Below, one piece after another: positions 58,482-64,000 of a stretch of DNA of 64,000 nt (within the stretch, counting starts at the first letter, position 1; each line of letters opens with the position of its first letter). A program made the position numbers and the translations under genes. The stretch is from an uncultured Gammaproteobacteria bacterium (GTDB taxonomy: Bacteria > Pseudomonadota > Gammaproteobacteria > UBA9214), in NCBI GenBank assembly GCA_963748215.1, contig CAVVHS010000006.1, positions 960,001-1,024,000 on the forward strand, given 5' to 3'. The notes under the pieces were generated by a model. It saw only the letters and a program-made list of their open reading frames with translations, had not been told where the DNA came from and did no database searches.

Positions 58482-59780
58482 GCCGCCTCCCCTGCCGGTG
58501 CCCTGGCGCCCGCCAGGCAGCGCTTGTGGGTGATGTGGTATTCGAATTCGTCGCGGAAGTGGCGCAGAAAACCCTGCACCGGCCAGGCGGCCGCCTCACC
58601 GAAGGCACAGATCGTCTTGCCGGCGATCTGGTCGGCCGCGCTCAGCAGCAGGTCCAGATCCTCGGGACGGCCCTGGCCTTCCTCGATGCGCTTGATGATG
58701 CGGTGCATCCAGCCCGTGCCCTCGCGGCACGGCGTGCACTGCCCGCAGGACTCCGCATAGTAGAAGCGCGAAATGCGCATCGCGGCCTTCACCATGCAGG
58801 TGGTTTCGTCCATGACGATGACCGCGCCGGAACCCAGCGCGGAACCCGCCTTGGCCAGCGCAGTCGTAGTCCATGTCGCATTCCATGATGATGTCGGCGG
58901 GCAGCACCGGCATGGAGGAACCGCCCGGGATGACGGCCTTGAGCCGGTGACCGTCACGCACACCGCCGGCCATCTCGAGCAGCTCGCGGAATGGCGATGC
59001 CCATCGGAACCTCGAAATTGCCCGGCTTGTTGACGTGGCCGGACACGGAGAAGATCTTCACGCCGCCGTTGTTCGGCTTGCCGAGGTTCATGAACCACTC
59101 GCCGCCGTTGCGCATGATCGCCGGCACCGAGGCCAGCGTCTCGGTATTGTTGATGGTGGTCGGCTTGCCGTACAGGCCGAAGTTGGCCGGGAACGGCGGC
59201 TTGAAACGCGGCTGGCCCTTCTTGCCCTCCAGCGACTCCAGCAGCGCGGTCTCCTCGCCGCAGATATAGGCGCCCGCACCGAGGTGACTGTAGCAATCGA
59301 AATCCACGCCCGAACCGAGAATATCACGGCCCAGCAGGCCGGCTTCGTAGGCCTCCGGCGAGTGCCTGCTCGAAGCGCTCGAAGGGTTCGTGGTGGAATT
59401 CGCCGCGCATGTAGTTGTAGCCGACCGTCGCGCCCATGGCGTAGCCGGCGATGGCCATGCCCTCGACCAGCGCATGCGGATTGAAGCGCAGGATATCGCG
59501 GTCCTTGCAGGTGCCCGGCTCGGACTCGTCCGAGTTGCACACCACGTATTTCTGCACCGGGGCGTTGCGCGGCATGAAGCTCCACTTCAGGCCGGTCGGG
59601 AAACCCGCGCCGCCACGGCCGCGCAGGCCGGAGGCCTTGACCGTCTCGATGACCTCTTCCGGCGGGGATCTTTTCAGCCAGGATCTTCTTCCAGGCCTGG
59701 TAGCCGCCGACCTTGAGATAATTCTCCAGCGTCCATGGCTGGTCGAATTGCAGGGTGTCAAAACAGACCTGTACGCTCAT
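58478..59780 (-). CDS. nuoF: NADH-quinone oxidoreductase subunit F (four apparent frameshifts)
   Basis: [38 protein letters not shown] found across frames. Confidence 0.94.
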
Positions 59781-59783
59781 CTG

Positions 59784-60287
59784 CTACTCCAGTCCGTCCA
59801 GGATGGCGTCGACCTTTTCCGGTGTCAGCCGTTCGTGGTAATGACCGTTCACCGTCATCATCGGGCCGCCGGAGCAGGCCGCCAGGCATTCCTCTTCCAG
59901 CTTCAGCGTGATGCGCCCGTCCGGCGTGGTCTCGCCCAGCCCGATACCGAGCTTTTTCTCGACGTGCTCGACCAGGCTTTCCGCCCCGCACAGCATGCAG
60001 GAGATATTGGTGCAGAGTGCCACCATGTTGCGGCCGACCGGCTCCAGCTCGATCATCGAATAGAAGGTACCGACCTCGTAGACCTGCACCGGCAGCAAGC
60101 CGAGGTAGTCGGCCACGGCGTCCATCAGGTCGCGCGTGACCCAGCCGCCATTCTGTTCCTGGGCGGCCTGCAACGCGCACAGCACGGCAGACTGTCGCTG
60201 CTCCGCCGGATACTTCTCCAGCCATGCGTCGATCGTCGCACGTGTCTCGCTGTTCAGCAGGTCGGATTTGCGGGCCGGTGTCGTCAT
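59784..60287 (-). CDS. nuoE: NADH-quinone oxidoreductase subunit E
   Basis: [22 protein letters not shown] 2Fe-2S motif. Confidence 0.95.
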   Translation of the reverse strand: MTTPARKSDLLNSETRATIDAWLEKYPAEQRQSAVLCALQAAQEQNGGWVTRDLMDAVADYLGLLPVQVYEVGTFYSMIELEPVGRNMVALCTNISCMLCGAESLVEHVEKKLGIGLGETTPDGRITLKLEEECLAACSGGPMMTVNGHYHERLTPEKVDAILDGLE

Positions 60288-61545
60288 CAGCGGTCGATCT
60301 CCCCGAACACGATATCCTGCGTGCCGATGACGGCGACCACGTCGGCCAGCATGTGGCCGCGCGTCATTTCGTCCATGGCCGACAGGTGCGCGAAACCCGG
60401 CGCGCGCACCTTCAAGCGGTAGGGCTTGTTGGCGCCGTCGGACACCAGGTACACACCGAACTCGCCCTTGGGGTGCTCGACAGCGGCATAGGCCTCGCCT
60501 GCCGGCACGCAGAAGCCCTCGGTGAACAGTTTGAAATGGTGAATCAGGGCTTCCATGTCGGCCTTCATTTCCTCGCGGCGCGGCGGCGCGAGCTTGTGCG
60601 TCATCCAGCATGACCGGGCCGGGATTTTTGCGCAGCCAGTCGATGCACTGCCTGATGATGCGGTTGGACTGGCGCATCTCCTCGATGCGCACCAGGTAGC
60701 GATCATAGCAGTCGCCGGTCACGCCGACCGGGATATCGAAGTCGCATGCGGTCATAGACTTCGTAGGGCTGCTTCTTGCGCAGGTCCCATTCGATGCCGG
60801 AACCGCGCAGCATCGGGCCGGTGAAACCGAGCTGCAGGGCGCGCTCCGGGACTGACCACGCCGATGCCGACCGTGCGCTGTTTCCAGATGCGGTTGTCGG
60901 TGAGCAGGGTTTCGTATTCGTCCACGCAGCCCGGAAAGCGCTTCGTGAAGGCCTCGATGAAATCCAGCAGCGAGCCCTGGCGGTCGGTCGTTCTTTCTGT
61001 CGACCTCGCGCTGGCTGTGCCACTTGGATGCCTGGTACTGCGGCATCATGTCCGGCAGGTCGCGGTAGACACCACCCGGGCGGTAATAGGTCGCGTGCAT
61101 GCGCGTGCCGGATACCGCCTCGTAGCAGTCCATCAGGTCCTCGCGCTCGCGGAAGGCATACAGGAACACCGTCATGGCGCCGATATCCAGGCCGTGCGCG
61201 CCCAGCCACAGCAGGTGATTCAGGATGCGGGTGATTTCGTCGAACATCACGCGGATGTACTGCGCCCGCAACGGCGGCTGCGACGCCGAGCAGCTTTTCC
61301 ATCGCCAGCACGTAGCCGTGCTCGTTGCACATCATGGACACGTAGTCGAGCCGGTCCATGTAGCCGATGCTCTGGTTGAACGGCTTGCTCTCGGCCAGTT
61401 TCTCGGTGCCGCGGTGCAGCAGCCCGATGTGCGGATCGGCGCGCTCGATCACCTCGCCGTCCATTTCCAGCACCAGCCGCAGCACGCCGTGCGCGGCGGG
61501 ATGCTGCGGGCCGAAGTTCAGGGTGTAGTTGCGGATCTCCGGCAT
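60287..61545 (-). CDS. nuoD: NADH-quinone oxidoreductase subunit D (about five frameshifts)
   Basis: [37 protein letters not shown]. Confidence 0.94.
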
Positions 61546-61548
61546 ACG

Positions 61549-62307
61549 CTACTCCGTCGCCCCGGCTTCCGCCGCCGATTCCGGTTCGTCGGCGACCTGC
61601 ATGAGATCGACCGACTCGACGCTTTCGGCACGGATCACCTTCGGCACCAGGACACGCGGCTCGATGCTCACCGGCTGGTAGACCACGCGCTTCTTCTCGG
61701 CGTCGTAGATGACCTCGACGTTGCCGGACAGCGGGAAATCCTTGCGGAACGGGTGACCGATGAAACCGTAGTCCGTCAGCAGCCGGCGCAGGTCCGGGTG
61801 ACCCTCGAACAGGATGCCGTACAGGTCGAAGGCCTCGCGCTCGTACCAGTTGGCGCTGTTCCAGATGTCGATAACCGAGGGTACCACCGGCAGGTCATCG
61901 CTCGGTGCGAACACCTTGAGGCGCAGGCGCCGGTTATTGCGCAGCGACAGCAGGTGGTAAACCGCGGCGAAACGGCGTGCAGTGCCCGGCTTCTCCAGCA
62001 CCAGGTCCTCGGTGACGGCAGTCAGCCGGCCCGCGGTCCCCGGCTCGACGCCACGGCTGAAGCCGGACGCCGTAGTCTCTTCGGTAGCCCACTCGTCGCG
62101 TCCGTAGTTGAGATAGTCGACACCGCACAGGTCGATCAGTGTCTCGAAGGCAAAGGCCGGTTCGTCGCGCAACGCCGTCGCGACCTCGTGCAGGGCGTCA
62201 CCGGCCAGCTCCAGGGTCACCTCACCGACGGCATCGATCACGGCGTCCAGCCGGTCACCGAAGCGGTCCTGTAACTGCTCTGCGAGCTGTCGGGAGAGAT
62301 CTGACAC
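61549..62307 (-). CDS. nuoC: NADH-quinone oxidoreductase subunit C
   Basis: [42 protein letters not shown]. Confidence 0.96.
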   Translation of the reverse strand: MSDLSRQLAEQLQDRFGDRLDAVIDAVGEVTLELAGDALHEVATALRDEPAFAFETLIDLCGVDYLNYGRDEWATEETTASGFSRGVEPGTAGRLTAVTEDLVLEKPGTARRFAAVYHLLSLRNNRRLRLKVFAPSDDLPVVPSVIDIWNSANWYEREAFDLYGILFEGHPDLRRLLTDYGFIGHPFRKDFPLSGNVEVIYDAEKKRVVYQPVSIEPRVLVPKVIRAESVESVDLMQVADEPESAAEAGATE

Positions 62308-62326
62308 GCAATGCTTCCTTCAGCCC

Positions 62327-62803
62327 CTAGCGGGCGATGGTGTTGGTTCGCTTTATCTTGTTTTGCAGCTGTATGATTCCATACAGCAGCGCCTCGGCGG
62401 TGGGCGGACAGCCCGGCACGTAGATGTCGACCGGCACGATGCGGTCGCAGCCGCGTACCACGGAATAGGAATAGTGGTAGTACCCGCCGCCGTTGGCACA
62501 GGAACCCATCGAGATCACCCAGCGCGGCTCGGCCATCTGGTCGTAGACCTTGCGCAGCGCCGGTGCCATCTTGTTACACAGCGTGCCGGCCACGATCATC
62601 ACGTCGGACTGGCGCGGGCTGCCGCGGAACACGATGCCGAAACGATCCAGGTCATAGCGCGAGGCACCCGCCTGCATCATTTCCACCGCACAGCAGGCCA
62701 GGCCGAAGGTCATCGGCCACATCGAGCCGGTGCGCGCCCAGTTGATCAGGCTGTCGGCCGTGGTGGTGACGAAACCTTCCTTGAGCAGGCCCTCGACGCT
62801 CAC
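62327..62803 (-). CDS. nuoB: NADH-quinone oxidoreductase subunit B
   Basis: [26 protein letters not shown]; start placed at GTG 62803 ([14 protein letters not shown]) by family length. Confidence 0.95.
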   Translation of the reverse strand: MSVEGLLKEGFVTTTADSLINWARTGSMWPMTFGLACCAVEMMQAGASRYDLDRFGIVFRGSPRQSDVMIVAGTLCNKMAPALRKVYDQMAEPRWVISMGSCANGGGYYHYSYSVVRGCDRIVPVDIYVPGCPPTAEALLYGIIQLQNKIKRTNTIAR

Positions 62804-63363
62804 GTCAATGCTCTCGCGTCTGGACAGCAGGCCGGGATTCGGCACGCCAGCGTCGCTCGCGGACGTGCGCATCCCCACTGCGTGGGGCCCCTGCCTACTG
62901 CTCGCGCCCGCGCCTCAGGCATTGAGTCGATATCGGATAATTCCGGGATTCGGCACGCCAGCGTCGCTCGCGGACGTGCGCATCCCCACTGCGTGGGGCC
63001 CCTGCCTACTGCTCGCGCCCGCGCCTCAGGCATTGAGTCGATATCGGATAATTCCGGGATTCGGCACGCCAGCGTCGCTCGCGGACGTGCGCATCCCCAC
63101 TGCGTGGGGCCCCTGCTTACTGCTCGCGCCCGCGCCTCAGGCATTGAGTCGATATCGGATAATTCCGGGATTCGGCACGCCAGCGTCGCTCGCGGACGTG
63201 CGCATCCCCACTGCGTGGGGCCCCTGCTTACTGCTCGCGCCCGCGCCTCAGGCATTGAGTCGATATCGGATAATTCCGGGATTCGGCACGCCAGCGTCGC
63301 TCGCGGACGTGCGCATCCCCACTGCGTGGGGCCCCTGCTTACTGCTCGCGCCGCTACTCCCAT
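62800..63363 (-). CDS. Putative 187-aa repeat ORF spanning the array, overlapping the nuoA stop and the nuoB start
   Basis: ATG at 63363 inside the nuoA 3' end; frame open through all units; TGA (62800-62802) overlaps the nuoB GTG as GTGA. Confidence 0.35.
   Translation of the reverse strand: MGVAARAVSRGPTQWGCARPRATLACRIPELSDIDSMPEARARAVSRGPTQWGCARPRATLACRIPELSDIDSMPEARARAVSRGPTQWGCARPRATLACRIPELSDIDSMPEARARAVGRGPTQWGCARPRATLACRIPELSDIDSMPEARARAVGRGPTQWGCARPRATLACRIPACCPDARALT
62832..63352. repeat. Tandem array of 111-bp units (4 full + 77-bp partial) between nuoA and nuoB
   Basis: Units start at 62832, 62943, 63054, 63165 and 63276; identical except one C/T site (units 1-2 ctgcctac, units 3-5 ctgcttac). 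Confidence 0.97.
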
Positions 63364-63710
63364 TCCAGCGCACCTTTTTTCCATTCGTAGATGAAACCGA
63401 TCACCAGGATTGCCAGGAACACCAGCATGGCCAGGAAACCGAACATACCAATGGAGTCCAGCACCACTGCCCAGGGAAACAGAAAGGCGATTTCGAGATC
63501 GAACAGGATAAACAGGATGGCGACCAGGTAGTAGCGCACGTCAAAGCGCATGCGCGTGTCCTCGAAGGCCTCAAAGCCGCATTCGAAGGGCGAATTTTTC
63601 TCGCTGTCGGGCTTGTTCGGAGCCAGCAGAAAACCCAGTACGACCGGACCCACGCCCACGCCGATGCCGATGGCGATGAAGATCAGGATCGGAAGGTAGT
63701 TTTCCAGCAT
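63354..63710 (-). CDS. nuoA: NADH-quinone oxidoreductase subunit A
   Basis: [34 protein letters not shown]; GAGGGG RBS. Confidence 0.97.
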   Translation of the reverse strand: MLENYLPILIFIAIGIGVGVGPVVLGFLLAPNKPDSEKNSPFECGFEAFEDTRMRFDVRYYLVAILFILFDLEIAFLFPWAVVLDSIGMFGFLAMLVFLAILVIGFIYEWKKGALEWE

Positions 63711-63946
63711 CGTTCCCCTCGTGTCCGGCCAGGACCATTTTGCGCAGGCATCCACCTGGTATTGTAGTGTCGGATGCGGCTAAAAAGATTGTGCAGTCTA
63801 GGCCAGCGTGCCACCACTGTCAAGTTGGGATATGCCTGTTTTTTTCTTATATTTCAACAGATTAATTGGGTTATCGGGGTATAGAAAATCAGCATGCAGG
63901 CCACCTTGCCGCGCACGAAAAAATGGCCAGCACCTGCTGTTTGATT

Positions 63947-64000
63947 TGGTACCGATGGCCGGACTCGAACCGGCACGGCTTGCGCCACTACCCCCTCAAG
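63947..64000 (-). tRNA. tRNA-Leu (GAG), 3' part truncated by the window edge
   Basis: Minus strand cTTGAGGGggtag, long variable arm, GGTTCGAGTCC T-loop, ends ACCA; usual position upstream of nuoA. Confidence 0.9.

Noticed and set aside
59784-61271. NuoD-NuoE fusion (495-aa ORF)
   Set aside because: Produced by nuoD frameshifts; the normal nuoD stop and nuoE start (TGATG) are present at 60285-60289.
49761-61545. Genuine pseudogenisation or programmed frameshifting of the nuo operon
   Set aside because: No premature in-frame stops or sequence decay apart from the indels, no slippery heptamers at the sites, the lesions I could reconstruct are +1, and pnp shows the same pattern; an artefact is far more parsimonious.
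62804-62878. 25-aa N-terminal extension of NuoB (183-aa ORF call)
   Set aside because: The extension derives largely from the last repeat unit; family-like sequence starts at GTG 62803.
62832-63352. CRISPR array
   Set aside because: The 34-bp linkers are identical, the 77-bp core is too long for a CRISPR repeat, and there is no leader or cas gene in the window.
62832-63352. Selenocysteine read-through of the per-unit TGA in the nuoB frame
   Set aside because: The hairpin lies ~27 nt after the TGA and does not resemble a bacterial SECIS; the context has no Sec/Cys redox motif.

Overview
GC-rich gammaproteobacterial chromosome segment, mostly core genome. The order is scpA-trpS-site-2 protease-yciO-PHP, ispZ-yciI-bolA-PPIase, a GGDEF-EAL/lipoprotein/degenerate FlhG-like unit, a Kef antiporter, an FN3 lipoprotein, smc-zipA-ligA, queF-FGGY kinase, cysZ, cbbY-aminotransferase, dksA-gluQ-acs-yheT, pnp-rpsO-truB-rbfA-infB-nusA-rimP-tRNA-fMet, the complete nuoA-N operon, and a partial tRNA-Leu(GAG). 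The CbbY-like phosphatase suggests a Calvin-cycle autotroph. No transposase, integrase, phage gene or CRISPR array is visible. Four observations stand out. (1) A 111-bp x 4.7 tandem array sits between nuoA and nuoB; its only open sense frame forms a 187-aa repeat ORF that overlaps both the nuoA stop and the nuoB start. (2) Many +1 frameshifts in pnp and nuo genes fall next to wobble positions and look like two-allele consensus artefacts. (3) Intergenic spacers carry several REP/MITE-like palindromic families. (4) Three genes look leaderless. All calls were made by eye from motifs and synteny; no searches were run.
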